The notes under the pieces were generated by a model, which worked only from the letters and a program-made list of their open reading frames with translations, had not been told where the DNA came from and ran no database searches. Of a DNA stretch of 54,009 nt, positions 36,378 to 47,571 are shown piece by piece. Where the stretch lies: positions 1 through 54,009 of the forward strand of contig JBBRRV010000004.1 of NCBI GenBank assembly GCA_038246075.1. The letters run 5' to 3'. Numbering within the stretch: position 1 is the stretch's first letter; each line of letters starts with the position of its first letter. The DNA comes from Bacteroidales bacterium (GTDB taxonomy: Bacteria; Bacteroidota; Bacteroidia; Bacteroidales; DASVHX01). The position numbers and the translations under genes are program-made.

Positions 36378-38081
36378 CTAGCGTTTAAAGTCGCTCAGAT
36401 CCTTTGGCTGGAAATTATTGATAAAACTCACAGCCTGGATATTTTCGGCTCTTCCTTTGCGGATGAAAATATCTGCAGAAGTTGTATATAGGTCGTTCCT
36501 GTTGGCATCGTATAGCAAGAGGTAACCAATCAGCACATTGCTGGCCATTTCAACAAGGCGGCGGGCATGAAAGTCGAGGAATTCATTGTCGTTGAATTCC
36601 ATTACTCTTTCAACTGTTTTGGCAAACTGCTCTGTCATTTTACTGAGCGAATTGCCCAGGTGATCCAGTTCGGGTTTAATGGCCAATTTACCACGCTCAC
36701 GCATCGCCTTGAGATAGGCTCCGTTGCCAACCCCACGAATGGCGGCTACAACCTGCAGTTGCGAAGTTCCTTCATAGATGGTTGTTATGCGTGCATCGCG
36801 AAAAATTCTCTCGATGGGAAAATCTTTCATGTAACCGGTGCCACCAAAAATCTGGATAGCATCATAGGCAATCTGATTGCAGGACTCGCTGGAATAAAGT
36901 TTGAGCATCGGCGTGAAAACATCTGCCAGTTTCTGGTAATACTTTGCTTCTTCGCGTTCTTCAGGTTCGAGTTTGCGTTCCTTTTGCGTAAAAGAATATG
37001 CCTTGTACATATCAACGTATCTGGCAGTTTCGTATAGCAAAGTGCGGATGGCATCAATCTTTACTTTCATGTTGGTGAGCAATTCGTAAACGGCAGGATA
37101 CTGAATGATCGGTTTGCCAAATTGCTCACGTTCTGTAGCATATTTATATGCCTCGCGGTACGCTGCTTCAGCTATACCAACGGACTGGGCTCCCACGCCA
37201 AGACGTGCTGAATTCATCAGGGACATGACGTATTTGATGAGCCCCATTTTCGTATCGCCAATGAGTTTTGCCGGTGCATTGCGGAAAACCAATTCGCAGG
37301 TTGGTGATCCTTTGATTCCGAGCTTGTTTTCAATGCGGCGAACCTTCATCGCATTTGCAGTACGGTCGTATACAAAGAGTGATAGTCCGCGTGCATCGGA
37401 AGTTCCTTCCTCGGAGCGGGCCAACACAAGTGAAATATCAGCATCACCATTTGTAATGAAGCGTTTCACGCCATTCAGAAGCCACAGATCCTGCTGGGCA
37501 TCATAGGTTGCTTTGAGTTGTACAGCCTGAAGATCTGAACCTGCGTCAGGTTCGGTAAGATCCATGGCTGCTGTAGCGCCTTTATTGAAGCGTGGAAGAA
37601 ATTCATTTTTTATTTCATCTGAAGCGAATTCATGGAGTGTTTCAGCACAGTCCTGTAAACCCCAGATGTTTGCAAATCCGGCATCGGCGCGCGAAATAAC
37701 TTCACCCGACATGGCATAAGGAACGATAGGGAAGTTAAGTCCGTCGTATTCCCTTGGCAGTGACATGCCCACCATACCTGCTTTTACAAGTGCATTGTGG
37801 TTTTCCTTTGTTCCGCGGGCATAAACCACTTCGTTGTTCAGCAGTGTCGGCCCTTCCTTATCAACTGATTCAGCGTTTGGCGCAACGATTTCACCACTGA
37901 TCTCGCCGATGATCTCCATAACTTTGTCGTAGTTATCCAGGGCATCTTCGTAATCAAGCGGTGCGAAATCGTATTTCTCCTTTTCGCTATAGTTTGACTC
38001 TTTCAGCCTTACTATTTTCTCCATCAGGGGATGGGTAAGGTGAAACTTGAGATTGGGGTTATCGGTATAGAAGTTTTCCAT
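36378..38081 (-). CDS. Acyl-CoA dehydrogenase (ETF-coupled)
   Basis: MDLTEPDAGSD, LNGVKRFITNG, KLGIKGSPT, QIFGGTGY, IYEGTSQLQ. Confidence 0.95.
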   Translation of the reverse strand: MENFYTDNPNLKFHLTHPLMEKIVRLKESNYSEKEKYDFAPLDYEDALDNYDKVMEIIGEISGEIVAPNAESVDKEGPTLLNNEVVYARGTKENHNALVKAGMVGMSLPREYDGLNFPIVPYAMSGEVISRADAGFANIWGLQDCAETLHEFASDEIKNEFLPRFNKGATAAMDLTEPDAGSDLQAVQLKATYDAQQDLWLLNGVKRFITNGDADISLVLARSEEGTSDARGLSLFVYDRTANAMKVRRIENKLGIKGSPTCELVFRNAPAKLIGDTKMGLIKYVMSLMNSARLGVGAQSVGIAEAAYREAYKYATEREQFGKPIIQYPAVYELLTNMKVKIDAIRTLLYETARYVDMYKAYSFTQKERKLEPEEREEAKYYQKLADVFTPMLKLYSSESCNQIAYDAIQIFGGTGYMKDFPIERIFRDARITTIYEGTSQLQVVAAIRGVGNGAYLKAMRERGKLAIKPELDHLGNSLSKMTEQFAKTVERVMEFNDNEFLDFHARRLVEMASNVLIGYLLLYDANRNDLYTTSADIFIRKGRAENIQAVSFINNFQPKDLSDFKR

Positions 38082-38095
38082 GATAATCGGTTGCT

Positions 38096-39118
38096 TTACT
38101 TCGAGTTTTTCTTGTAGTACTTGATCATTTTAGGGATTACATCCGCAACATTGCCAATAATGGCAAAGTCGGCGATATGATTCAGTGGTGCGTTAATATC
38201 GGTGTTGATCGAAATGATCTGAGCCGATTGGTCCATGCCAGCCCTGTGCTGAACGGCTCCGGATATTCCGCAGGCGATATAGAGCTTGGGTCTGACGGTA
38301 ATACCTGTCTGGCCCACCTGCCGCTCGTGTTCCACAAAGCCGGCGTCAACAGCGGCACGTGAGGCACCTACTTCTGCGCCAAGCACATCGGCGAGTTCAT
38401 AGAGGAGTCTGAAGTTTTCGCGTGAACCAACACCATATCCGCCCGAAATGATCACCTGGGCATTTTTGATATCGATTTTGCTCTTCTCCATGTGACGCTC
38501 AATGATGGTAATTGCAAAATCATCATCCTTCAGAATGGATTTGGCATCAATCTTATTGAGCTTTCCCTTGAATGCGGCAGCGAACACTTCCTTTTTCATG
38601 ACCCCTTCGCGAACTGTGGCCATCTGTGGTCGCGTTTCAGGATTGATGATCGTGGCGATAATGTTACCTCCGAATGCAGGTCTTATCTGATACAGTAAGT
38701 TTTTATATTCAGTCTGTGTCTTGTTTTCGAAATGGTCGCCAATTTCAAGACTTGTACAATCAGCTGTAAGTCCGCAACGCAATGCCGATGCAATGCGTGG
38801 TGCCAGATCGCGGCCAATGCTGGTAGCGCCAAAGACTGCGATCTCCGGCTTTTCTTTTTTAAATATATGGAGCAGAATGGATGCGTGCGGCAGTGTTGTA
38901 TAAGGGAATAGCCTTTCGTCATCGGCATAGTGGATCACATCAACGCCATAAGGGAAAATCTGAGCTTCCAGGTCTTTTATGCCGGAGCCAATGACCACGG
39001 CTTCCAGTTTTACTTTCAGATCGCCTGCGAGTTTTTTACCTTTCGACAGCAGTTCGAGGCTGACATCGGCTATTGTTCCTTCTTCGGTTACTTCGCAATA
39101 AACAAAAATATTGTTCAC
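38096..39118 (-). CDS. etfA: Electron transfer flavoprotein alpha subunit
   Basis: [44 protein letters not shown]; GTG start. Confidence 0.95.
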   Translation of the reverse strand: MNNIFVYCEVTEEGTIADVSLELLSKGKKLAGDLKVKLEAVVIGSGIKDLEAQIFPYGVDVIHYADDERLFPYTTLPHASILLHIFKKEKPEIAVFGATSIGRDLAPRIASALRCGLTADCTSLEIGDHFENKTQTEYKNLLYQIRPAFGGNIIATIINPETRPQMATVREGVMKKEVFAAAFKGKLNKIDAKSILKDDDFAITIIERHMEKSKIDIKNAQVIISGGYGVGSRENFRLLYELADVLGAEVGASRAAVDAGFVEHERQVGQTGITVRPKLYIACGISGAVQHRAGMDQSAQIISINTDINAPLNHIADFAIIGNVADVIPKMIKYYKKNSK

Positions 39119-39160
39119 GTTTGTGTTAGATTAGTCGGGGGTTATAAATAGATTTGCTTT

Positions 39161-40033
39161 TTAGCCGATTACGTGGCTATTGATCAGATCCTGCATCAGT
39201 GCATCAATTTCTTTATCATCACTGCTGATCACTTTGGAATCCTTGTGCTGGAAAACAACATTTTCGATCTTTTTAACTTTGGTAGGCGAGCCTGACAGGC
39301 CGAGCATATCGGTCACTGCATTAAGATCGTCGGCAGTCCATTCATCAATCATGAGGTATGGTCTGTTAACATAAAGATCCGTATAGTCTTTTGTTTCGTT
39401 CTGAAGTTCGGTCACCGTGCGGGCGTGCTTGTATTTCATGAGCAGTTTCGAGATCCGCTGGCGGCAAACCGGGGCAGAGCTATGAACTGTAACAGCTACC
39501 GGCAAGGTGCATTTTACCACTTCCACTCCCCTTTCGAGCCTGCGTCTGATGGTTACGGATTGCTGATCTACCGAAATAATTTCTTCAGCATATGTTATTT
39601 GGGGGATACCCAGTTTTTCAGCTGTTTGCGGACCAACCTGGGCAGTATCTCCATCAATGGCCTGCCTTCCGGAAATGACCATGTGAAATGGTGCAAGTTT
39701 CTTAACAGCCAGCGATAGCGCATATGAAGTTGCAAGGGTGTCTGACCCGGCAAACTTACGATCGGTGATCAGGTAGCCTCTGTCGGCCCCCCTGTATAGC
39801 GATTCGCGGATGATTTCTGCAGCACGGAATGGACCCATGGTCAAAACAATCACTTCTGCATCAGGCATTTTATCCTTAATGCACAGGGCTTGTTCCAAAG
39901 CATGCAAATCTTCAGGATTAAAAATTGCAGGTAACGCCGCCCTGTTTACAGTGCCATCAGCTTTCATGGCATCCTTTCCTATATTCCGTGTATCTGGAAC
40001 CTGCTTGGCAAGTACTATTATTCTAAAACTCAT
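39161..40033 (-). CDS. etfB: Electron transfer flavoprotein beta subunit
   Basis: KQVPD, NPEDLHALEQAL, AGSDTLATS, GRQAIDGDTAQVGP, GLSGSPTKV; ATG at 40033. Confidence 0.95.
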   Translation of the reverse strand: MSFRIIVLAKQVPDTRNIGKDAMKADGTVNRAALPAIFNPEDLHALEQALCIKDKMPDAEVIVLTMGPFRAAEIIRESLYRGADRGYLITDRKFAGSDTLATSYALSLAVKKLAPFHMVISGRQAIDGDTAQVGPQTAEKLGIPQITYAEEIISVDQQSVTIRRRLERGVEVVKCTLPVAVTVHSSAPVCRQRISKLLMKYKHARTVTELQNETKDYTDLYVNRPYLMIDEWTADDLNAVTDMLGLSGSPTKVKKIENVVFQHKDSKVISSDDKEIDALMQDLINSHVIG

Positions 40034-40296
40034 AATTATCAAATAGGTGTTTAACTTGAAAAAGAAACATCTAACAATTAAATATATTTATCTGTGGAAG
40101 GTGATCGGGTGCAAAAATACTATTTTAGGGGCAATACGCAAAAAAAATAGCAGAATGCTTGCCCTTTGATTGTTGCCTTGCAGCTGGCATTTATATCCCG
40201 GCCCCGTGACAGCGGCCTCTAGAAGATAGAACCATTGCTAATATTAGCTGGAAAACAAGGGCAGCTGAATCGATGTGATCGTTTCGCTCAAAAGTA

Positions 40297-41157
40297 TCAT
40301 GCAGTGGTGTCTCTTGGCTTTTCGTCACATTGCTTGCAATCAAGACTTTTATTATACATTTCCATAGCTCTGAAGCTCATGCCCATGCTTGAAAATCCGC
40401 CATCGTTGAAGAGATTCTGCATCGTAACTTTACGCGTAAGGTCAGAAAAGAGTGTGATACAATAATCAGCGCATTCCTCAGCCGTTGCATTGCCCAGTGG
40501 CGCCATACGTTCCGTGAAATCCATTAATCCATCAATACCTTTAACACCGCTTCCTGCTGTGGTTAAGGTTGGTGATTGTGAGATGGTGTTAATTCTGATC
40601 TTCTTTTCCCTGCCATAGATGTAACCGAAACTTCGGGCTATCGACTCAAGGGCAGCTTTGGCATCAGCCATGTCATTGTATTCAAAAAGTGTGCGTTGTG
40701 CAGCGATGTATGAAAGCGCGACAACCGACCCCCATTCATTTAGTGCATCCATCTTTTTTGCCACCTGCAGCACTTTATGGAATGAAATAGCAGAAATATC
40801 AAGTGTTTTCGAAAAATATTCATAGTTAATATTGTCATATGGAACCTTTTTGCGCACATTGGGCGACATTCCGATGGAATGAAGAATGAAGTCGAATTTT
40901 CCGCCAAAATGCTCCATCGTTTTATGCACAAGATTCTCCAGGTCAGGCACACTGGTAGCGTCAGCGGGAATTACCAATGAATTGCAGGCTTTTGCCAGTT
41001 CATCAATTTCACCCATCCTGATTGAAACCGCTGTATTGGTCAGGGTAAATTCAGCACCTTCGGCATGAGCTCTTTCGGCTACTTTCCATGCGATCGATTT
41101 ATTGTTGAGCGCACCGAAAATGATTCCTCGTTTTCCTTTGAGAAGATTATAGGACAT
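40297..41157 (-). CDS. fabI: Enoyl-ACP reductase
   Basis: GIIFGALNNKSIAW, HSIGMS, YNDMADAK (Y-x6-K), NTISQSPT. Confidence 0.93.
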   Translation of the reverse strand: MSYNLLKGKRGIIFGALNNKSIAWKVAERAHAEGAEFTLTNTAVSIRMGEIDELAKACNSLVIPADATSVPDLENLVHKTMEHFGGKFDFILHSIGMSPNVRKKVPYDNINYEYFSKTLDISAISFHKVLQVAKKMDALNEWGSVVALSYIAAQRTLFEYNDMADAKAALESIARSFGYIYGREKKIRINTISQSPTLTTAGSGVKGIDGLMDFTERMAPLGNATAEECADYCITLFSDLTRKVTMQNLFNDGGFSSMGMSFRAMEMYNKSLDCKQCDEKPRDTTA

Positions 41158-41185
41158 AATATAAAGTTTTAAGTTAGACTATAAA

Positions 41186-42841
41186 TTAGTTTGAAAGCAG
41201 TTCCTTGGCTGTAGCCTTAGCTGCTTCTGTAATTGTTTCGTTACTCAGCATGCGTGCAACTTCATCGACTCTTTCGTCGTTGTTAAGCATTTTCAGACTG
41301 GAAATGGTGAGGTCCTTTTCAGTTGCTTTATAGGCCAGGTAGTGATGATGAGCCTTGCCGGCGATCTGGGGCAGATGCGTAATAGCGATAACCTGCATGG
41401 TACGCGACATGCTTTGCATGATTGCACCAACTTTCCCTGCTATTTCACCGGAGACGCCATTGTCAATTTCATCGAAGATCACCGTAGGTAATAAACCCTT
41501 TTGGTTTAGCAGCGATTTTAATGCCAGCATTAACCGTGAAAGTTCCCCGCCGGAAGCCACTTTGCCGACTTCGCGCATTTCCCCACCTTTATTGGCATTA
41601 AACAGGATTTCAATGCGGTCTGCTCCCTGTGGCATAAGTTGAGCAGATGACTGCAGGTCGATATGCAGGCGGGCGTCGGGCAGTGCAAGAGACGAAAGTA
41701 AGGCATGCATCTCTTTTTCTATCAGTGGCTTTGCAAGATGCCTGTTTTTGGATAATTCTGCAGCCAAAACTTTTAAGCTATTTTCAGTTTCGCCAATGTT
41801 GTGGGTAAGTTCCTCAATATGGGAAGCTATTGAAGCAATCCCCAGCAATCGGTCAGAGAGAGATTGCTGAAGGGCGATAAGTTCTCCTATACTTTTAACG
41901 TGATGCTTTTGTTCAAGGTGATACAAAAGGTTGATCCGCTCGCGAAACTGGTTTGCCCGTTCTTCATCAAAATGGATGTGTGCTTCTAGTTGTTCCAGTT
42001 CATTTGAGATATCTTTTATTTCGATCAGGCAGCTTTCGAAACGTTGCTGAAGTTCATTTGCTGAAGGATGGAAACGCGCAGCCTGGGTCAAGATCGTGTT
42101 GACATCCGAAATCCGGCTGACGAGAGGATCTTCACCAGCGGCAAGGTTTTGGGATGCACTGAATAATTTCGACTTTATTTCTTCAGCGTGGTCAAGAACT
42201 TTTAGTTCCTGTTCTATCGACTCCTGCTCCCCTTCGGTCAGCCTGGCGGATTCCAGTTCAAGATATTGAAATGTAATGTAATCGCGATCGGCCGCTGCCT
42301 TATTTTCCCGCATCACATATTCTTCCAGCTGCTGTTGTCGCTGTTTATATGCCAGGAACAAGCCTGTATATTTATGAAGCAAAGCCTGGTGCCCGGCCAT
42401 ATTATCCACCACTGCCATCTGGAAGCCCGAATCGCTGAGCGCAAGTGTCTGGTGTTGTGAGTGAATGTCTACCAGCCTGTCTCCGATTTCTTTGACAAGG
42501 GAAAGCGAAACAGGTGTATCATTTAAAAATGCCCTGGATTTGCCCTGTGCATTTATTTCTCGCCTGAATGTGCTTTGTGCTTCAAAGTCGATATCGTTTG
42601 CTTCAAACAAAGGCTCCAGCCCATAGCCGGTTATTCTGAAGGTGCCCTCGATAATGCATTTACGCGATTTATCCATCAAAACCTGGGTATCGGCACGCTG
42701 CCCCAGAATGAGACCAAGCGCACCAATCAGTATCGATTTCCCTGCACCGGTTTCCCCTGTGATGGCTGAAAAACCATCAGCAAAACTGATATCAAGTTTC
42801 CTGATCAGCACAAAATTTTCTATGGATAATTGTAACAGCAT
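41186..42841 (-). CDS. recN: DNA repair protein RecN
   Basis: TGETGAGKS, DIHSQHQ, ASGGELSR, IFDEID, ITHLPQIA. Confidence 0.97.
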   Translation of the reverse strand: MLLQLSIENFVLIRKLDISFADGFSAITGETGAGKSILIGALGLILGQRADTQVLMDKSRKCIIEGTFRITGYGLEPLFEANDIDFEAQSTFRREINAQGKSRAFLNDTPVSLSLVKEIGDRLVDIHSQHQTLALSDSGFQMAVVDNMAGHQALLHKYTGLFLAYKQRQQQLEEYVMRENKAAADRDYITFQYLELESARLTEGEQESIEQELKVLDHAEEIKSKLFSASQNLAAGEDPLVSRISDVNTILTQAARFHPSANELQQRFESCLIEIKDISNELEQLEAHIHFDEERANQFRERINLLYHLEQKHHVKSIGELIALQQSLSDRLLGIASIASHIEELTHNIGETENSLKVLAAELSKNRHLAKPLIEKEMHALLSSLALPDARLHIDLQSSAQLMPQGADRIEILFNANKGGEMREVGKVASGGELSRLMLALKSLLNQKGLLPTVIFDEIDNGVSGEIAGKVGAIMQSMSRTMQVIAITHLPQIAGKAHHHYLAYKATEKDLTISSLKMLNNDERVDEVARMLSNETITEAAKATAKELLSN

Positions 42842-42904
42842 GTAAACAGCCTTAATTTATCTGAAACAAAATAAATGTATAAGATCAAGCAGGAAAATGC
42901 AGCA

Positions 42905-43804
42905 CTATTTGTTTTCCATTATCTTCTGATACTTAGCCCCGTTGGCCGGATCAATTTCTTTCAGGACGCCGATCACCTTTGCCTTATCGGTGGGGGCGGC
43001 CTGGGTATACAGATTGATGATCTCGTCGCGTTTGGCATCCAGCATGAGCTGAAGCAGGAAAAGACCGGGGCGCTCCCTGTTTACTTTCCGGAAAAGTTCA
43101 ATGCAATCCGAAACTGAACTGCGACCAAGTTCCATGTTTTCCGACATGACATCAAGCCCCAGCCTGTGATAGTCGTATAATCCTTCACGGATCCCGCTGT
43201 ACGCCGGATTTTGCAGGTTTTCGACAAGCCAGTAGCGGTTTTTCTGGCTTTCATAGGCTTTCCAGCCCTTTTCGGGCGCATTCTGAGCCGTATTTACTAT
43301 GGCCTGAGCCTTATCATAAAAGGATGTTCCGCCGAACTTGGAATACGTATCGGCATCGAGCCCCAAAAATATATTGATATAGTATGCTAACGTTGATGTC
43401 AGGTTTGAAGTATATGCATCAGGCGTGAAGTCGAGGTTTTGGAATTCTATATAATTGAAATCGAAATCCTTATCGACGTAATTTAATATGTTGGTGTTGT
43501 AAGATGTTTTATAAACCGGGCGTTGAAGCACCAGGTTTAGTTTAGCCTTGAACATGTCAGTTGATACACGCTCACTGATGGTGATCAGGATGGTACATTC
43601 AATTCGTTCCTCAGGCTTGTATGCCATGTTGGTCCATTTGCGGTTGTTTACAAATTCGTAGATCGCCTGCTGAAGTGTTTCGTAAATTTTTTTTTCTGTA
43701 CCTTCTACCTGTAATGATGAAACCTGCACAGAGCAGTTGAATTCCTGGGCGGGGAGTGCCAGTGATGACAAAGAAAGGAAAAGCAATAGGGCATATCTGT
43801 GCAT
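42905..43804 (-). CDS. porD: Type IX secretion system protein PorD (DUF4835)
   Basis: Signal peptide + QEFNC.V, F.N...WT, ERIEC, Y.YHRLGLD; conserved position between coaBC and recN; MHRY start avoids overlap with coaBC. Confidence 0.85.
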   Translation of the reverse strand: MHRYALLLFLSLSSLALPAQEFNCSVQVSSLQVEGTEKKIYETLQQAIYEFVNNRKWTNMAYKPEERIECTILITISERVSTDMFKAKLNLVLQRPVYKTSYNTNILNYVDKDFDFNYIEFQNLDFTPDAYTSNLTSTLAYYINIFLGLDADTYSKFGGTSFYDKAQAIVNTAQNAPEKGWKAYESQKNRYWLVENLQNPAYSGIREGLYDYHRLGLDVMSENMELGRSSVSDCIELFRKVNRERPGLFLLQLMLDAKRDEIINLYTQAAPTDKAKVIGVLKEIDPANGAKYQKIMENK

Positions 43805-43809
43805 GCTGA

Positions 43810-45015
43810 TTATTTTTGAACGCAACTGAAAATAGCATCGAGGATATCACTTGCAGCCTGCTGTTTGCTTTTAAGCGGAAATTCCAGTTTTTTACCGGTT
43901 TTTAAAAAGATGGTTATTTTGTTGGTATCATAGCCAAAACCTGTTCCCTGGGCGGTTGGAGAATTTAGGATAATGAGGTCAAGGTTCTTTTTTCCGAGTT
44001 TTTCCAGGGCATTTTGTTCTTCGTTTTGGGTTTCGAGTGCAAAACCAGCCAGAATCTGCTGATCTGTCTTACGCCGGCCAAGGTCTTTGAGGATATCAAT
44101 GGTTGGCTCAAGATCGATTGTGAGCACATTTTCACTTTTTTTAATTTTCTGGTCCGCCGATTTAACGGGTCTGTAATCAGCAACTGCAGCAGCCATGATG
44201 GTAATGTCAGCTTTATCGAAATGGGCATTACAGGCTTTTGCCATTTCCCCGGCAGTAATTACATCTATTCTTTCGATGCCCTGGTGATCGGTAACAAGCG
44301 CCGTTGGCCCTGTTACCAATGTAACGCTGGCACCCCTGCGGCAGGCTTCCGCTGCAAGTGCAAAACCCATTTTCCCGCTTGAGTGATTTCCTATATAACG
44401 CACAGGATCAATTGCTTCGTAAGTGGGGCCTGCAGTTATGAGTACATGCGTGCCTTGAAGTGTTACGGACTGGGAAAAATAATCTATCAGCGCCTGAAGC
44501 ATGGCCTCTGGTTCTTCAAGGCGGCCTGCCCCGGTAAGACCACTAGCCAGTTCTCCTACCTGAGGAGCAATCTGAATATTTCCGAATGATTGCAGGCGAG
44601 CGATATTGGCTTGTGTTGCCGGGTGCATGAACATATCCACATCCATGGCGGGTGCGAAAAAAACCGGACATCTGGCTGCCAGGTAAATGGCTGTCAAAAG
44701 ATTGTCTGTCAGTCCGTTTGCCATTTTCGCCAGGGTATTGGCTGAAGCCGGCGCTATAAGATAGATGTCAGCCCAGTTTCCCCAGTCGATATGGCTATAC
44801 CAGGTGCCATCCGCACTGTTGAATGGGATAGTGAGTACAGGACTATGCGTGAGTGTTGAGATTGTCAGCGGTGTCACAAAGTCAGCCGATGAAGGTGTCA
44901 TTACCACCTTTACTTCAGCACCTTCTTTTACCAGTAACCTGATAAGAAATGGAATTTTATAGGCTGCAATGCTTCCGGTGATTCCAATAAGTATCTTTTT
45001 TCCGATCAGGTGCAT
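43810..45015 (-). CDS. coaBC: Bifunctional phosphopantothenoylcysteine decarboxylase/phosphopantothenate-cysteine ligase
   Basis: GITGSIAAYK, APASANTLAK, APAMD, TAGPTYEAIDPVRYIGNHSSGKMG, AAVADY, GFALET. Confidence 0.98.
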   Translation of the reverse strand: MHLIGKKILIGITGSIAAYKIPFLIRLLVKEGAEVKVVMTPSSADFVTPLTISTLTHSPVLTIPFNSADGTWYSHIDWGNWADIYLIAPASANTLAKMANGLTDNLLTAIYLAARCPVFFAPAMDVDMFMHPATQANIARLQSFGNIQIAPQVGELASGLTGAGRLEEPEAMLQALIDYFSQSVTLQGTHVLITAGPTYEAIDPVRYIGNHSSGKMGFALAAEACRRGASVTLVTGPTALVTDHQGIERIDVITAGEMAKACNAHFDKADITIMAAAVADYRPVKSADQKIKKSENVLTIDLEPTIDILKDLGRRKTDQQILAGFALETQNEEQNALEKLGKKNLDLIILNSPTAQGTGFGYDTNKITIFLKTGKKLEFPLKSKQQAASDILDAIFSCVQK

Positions 45016-45042
45016 AGTGCGCGTCGTAAGTAGATGTGTTCC

Positions 45043-45375
45043 TTATTGTGCCTGCGAATCCTTCAAAGGATTCCGGAAAGTGATTTGTTCGTTCAGAAAT
45101 TCACTGGTGGCAATAAGTGTAGGTTTGGGCAAATGCTCATAGTATTTTGCTATTTCGATCTGTTCCCTGTTTTCGAATACCTCTTCCAGGTTATCAGTCG
45201 GAGAAGCAAATTCTTCAATTTTGCTGTTTAACTCCTCTTTCATGTCATGAGCAATCTGGTTGGCCCTTTTGGCCAGGATCGAAACCGTTTCGTATATATT
45301 ACCGGTCGGGCTGTTCAGGTCGGCCATGTTCCGCGTTACAGCGGTAGTGTCAATTTTCAGTTTTTTGTAATCCAT
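45043..45375 (-). CDS. rpoZ: RNA polymerase omega subunit (Bacteroidota type)
   Basis: TGNIYETVSILAKRANQI, LEEVFENREQIEI.KYYE.LPKPT; between bamD and coaBC. Confidence 0.9.
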   Translation of the reverse strand: MDYKKLKIDTTAVTRNMADLNSPTGNIYETVSILAKRANQIAHDMKEELNSKIEEFASPTDNLEEVFENREQIEIAKYYEHLPKPTLIATSEFLNEQITFRNPLKDSQAQ

Positions 45376-45400
45376 AGTATAGTTGTGCTAATTTAAAATC

Positions 45401-46195
45401 CTAATTTTTAAGTTCTTTTTGTGCAGTTTTCTGCATGTTGCGGGCTTCTTTCATCCGTTCTGATTTTGGGAAAGAAGCAGCCAGGTCGTCGTAGGCTTCA
45501 ACAGTAGCCGTAAATCGCTCTTTTCGCTTGGTAGCAATGCTTTTGCTGGCAAACTCATAGTTTGATTTCAGGATATAAAATAAAACCTCCTCACGTTTTT
45601 GCGAATCGGGATAGTCTTTCACCAGATTCTTAAATATTTGAATAGAAGCCTTATAGTCCTCCATTTTATAATATAACATACCAATATCAAAATCCTTCTT
45701 TTCGAGTTTGGAGCGCAACTCATCCATCAGTTGATTTGCTTTGGCAACTTTTTCGCTTTTTGGGTATTTATTAATAAAAAGCTGTAGTTCCTTGAGCGCG
45801 TCGTAGGTACTGGTTTGGTCCAGGCTACTGCGCGGTGATTCCTGATAGCTGCAATATGCACCCATGTAGGCACATTCCTCTGCAAAAGGACTGTTGGGAT
45901 AGGCGGTTGCAAAACGCTTAAAATGATAATTTCCCATCAGGTAGTCATCCTGGTTGTAATAACAGTAAGCGTAATAGTATGCAATTTTTTCTGCTTTATC
46001 AGTACCCTTGAAGAAAGGCGTAATCTGATCAAAAAGCTGAAGTGCATGGTAATAATCCTTGGCTTCATAGTAGCCAACGGCTTTTGCGTACTTCATGTCG
46101 TTATCTGAGCTCTTCAATAGTTTTTGAAAACTACTGCAAGAGGTCAAAACAAATAAAGAAACGAGTATAAATGGAAGAATAATCTTTCGAATCAT
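45401..46195 (-). CDS. bamD: Outer membrane protein assembly factor BamD
   Basis: Lipobox LTSC; TPR helices, SPRSSLDQTST, YPDS; operon context. Confidence 0.92.
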   Translation of the reverse strand: MIRKIILPFILVSLFVLTSCSSFQKLLKSSDNDMKYAKAVGYYEAKDYYHALQLFDQITPFFKGTDKAEKIAYYYAYCYYNQDDYLMGNYHFKRFATAYPNSPFAEECAYMGAYCSYQESPRSSLDQTSTYDALKELQLFINKYPKSEKVAKANQLMDELRSKLEKKDFDIGMLYYKMEDYKASIQIFKNLVKDYPDSQKREEVLFYILKSNYEFASKSIATKRKERFTATVEAYDDLAASFPKSERMKEARNMQKTAQKELKN

Positions 46196-46266
46196 GGTGC
46201 AAAATTACAACTTTGTCGGCAATAATGAAACGAAGTTAGTAAAGTATTATTATATAAGCAATTCGA

Positions 46267-47571
46267 TCAATTACCGAGTGCTTTCTTATAGGCAGCCAGG
46301 CACCGTGTGCGTGCAAAACTATGATCTACAATTGGATCTGTATATTGAACGCTTCCTGACTCAGGAACCCATCTCCGGATATAGTCCAATTTGGGATCGA
46401 ACCGAATTGTTTGTGCCTGGGGACTGAATATCCGGAAATATGGCGCGGCATCACAGCCTGAGCCTGCTGCCCATTGCCAGTTTCCATTATTTGAGGCCAG
46501 TTCAAAATCGAGCAGTTTGCCGGCAAAATAGGCCTCACCCCATCGCCAATCGATCAGCAGATGCTTGGTGAGGAAGCTTGCAGTGACCATGCGAACCCGG
46601 TTATGCATAAAACCTGTCTCGTTCAGTTCTCGCATTCCAGCATCAACCAAAGGATATCCTGTATTTCCTTCGCACCATTTATAGAAATTCTTTTCATCAT
46701 TAAGCCATTCAATGCGGTCGTAAGGGGTTTTAAATGCCGAATCCTGCGCATATGGGAAATGAAAGAGAATCTGTATAAAAAACTCACGCCAGATCAACTC
46801 GTTGAGCCATGTTGCATTCAACTGATATGCCAGACGGACGATTTGCCTTATACTGACTGTGCCGAAGCGCAGGTGAAGGCCAAGATGTGATGTACTATCC
46901 AGGGAAGGGATATCCCGGAATTCATGGTAATGGCGGATGATCTGTTGATCAGGAACTGATGTTGGAAAAGTAAAGGCCACATGCCGGAAGCCTAACCGCT
47001 CCAGGCCAATACCGGCTATCGGCGCACAAGATTGCAGGTTGATAAGGAGCGTTTCCGACGGGAAAGAGACTTGCAGATGTTGCATGTATTTTTCCATCCA
47101 TTTCCTGCTATAAGGTGTAAAAACAGTATAAGGGAGGTTGTCAGGTTTTACGACTTCTGATTTTTCAAAAATAACATGGTCCTTAAAAGTGCGGAACTTC
47201 CCTCCTGCCGCTAAGAGAATTTTTTCCACTTCGTGGTCTCTTTCAATTCCATAGGGTTCGTAATCTGCATTGGCATAAACCGTGTCAATAGCAAAGTCTT
47301 GAACGAGTGAAGCGAAAATATCTTCGGGCCGGCCATAAAACTGGTGCAATGATGATCCCCGCAACTGGAAGCTGAGATTGAGCTTTTCAACTTCCCCGTG
47401 CATGAAATTCACACGCAGATCATCCGGATTTGAAAGCAGTGAAAGGATATTAGTATCGAAAATAAATATGGGCATTACACGCAGCCCCGAGGTTAGCGCA
47501 TGATAAAGCGCACAGTTGTCCTCCAGTCTCAGGTCGCGACGGAACCAGTGGACGGAAATCTTTTCTTGCAT
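46267..47571 (-). CDS. phrB: Deoxyribodipyrimidine (CPD) photolyase
   Basis: WFRRDLRLEDN, VFTPY, HLRFGTVS, ELIWREF, GYPLVDAGMREL, MHNRVRM, NNGNWQWAAG. Confidence 0.95.
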   Translation of the reverse strand: MQEKISVHWFRRDLRLEDNCALYHALTSGLRVMPIFIFDTNILSLLSNPDDLRVNFMHGEVEKLNLSFQLRGSSLHQFYGRPEDIFASLVQDFAIDTVYANADYEPYGIERDHEVEKILLAAGGKFRTFKDHVIFEKSEVVKPDNLPYTVFTPYSRKWMEKYMQHLQVSFPSETLLINLQSCAPIAGIGLERLGFRHVAFTFPTSVPDQQIIRHYHEFRDIPSLDSTSHLGLHLRFGTVSIRQIVRLAYQLNATWLNELIWREFFIQILFHFPYAQDSAFKTPYDRIEWLNDEKNFYKWCEGNTGYPLVDAGMRELNETGFMHNRVRMVTASFLTKHLLIDWRWGEAYFAGKLLDFELASNNGNWQWAAGSGCDAAPYFRIFSPQAQTIRFDPKLDYIRRWVPESGSVQYTDPIVDHSFARTRCLAAYKKALGN

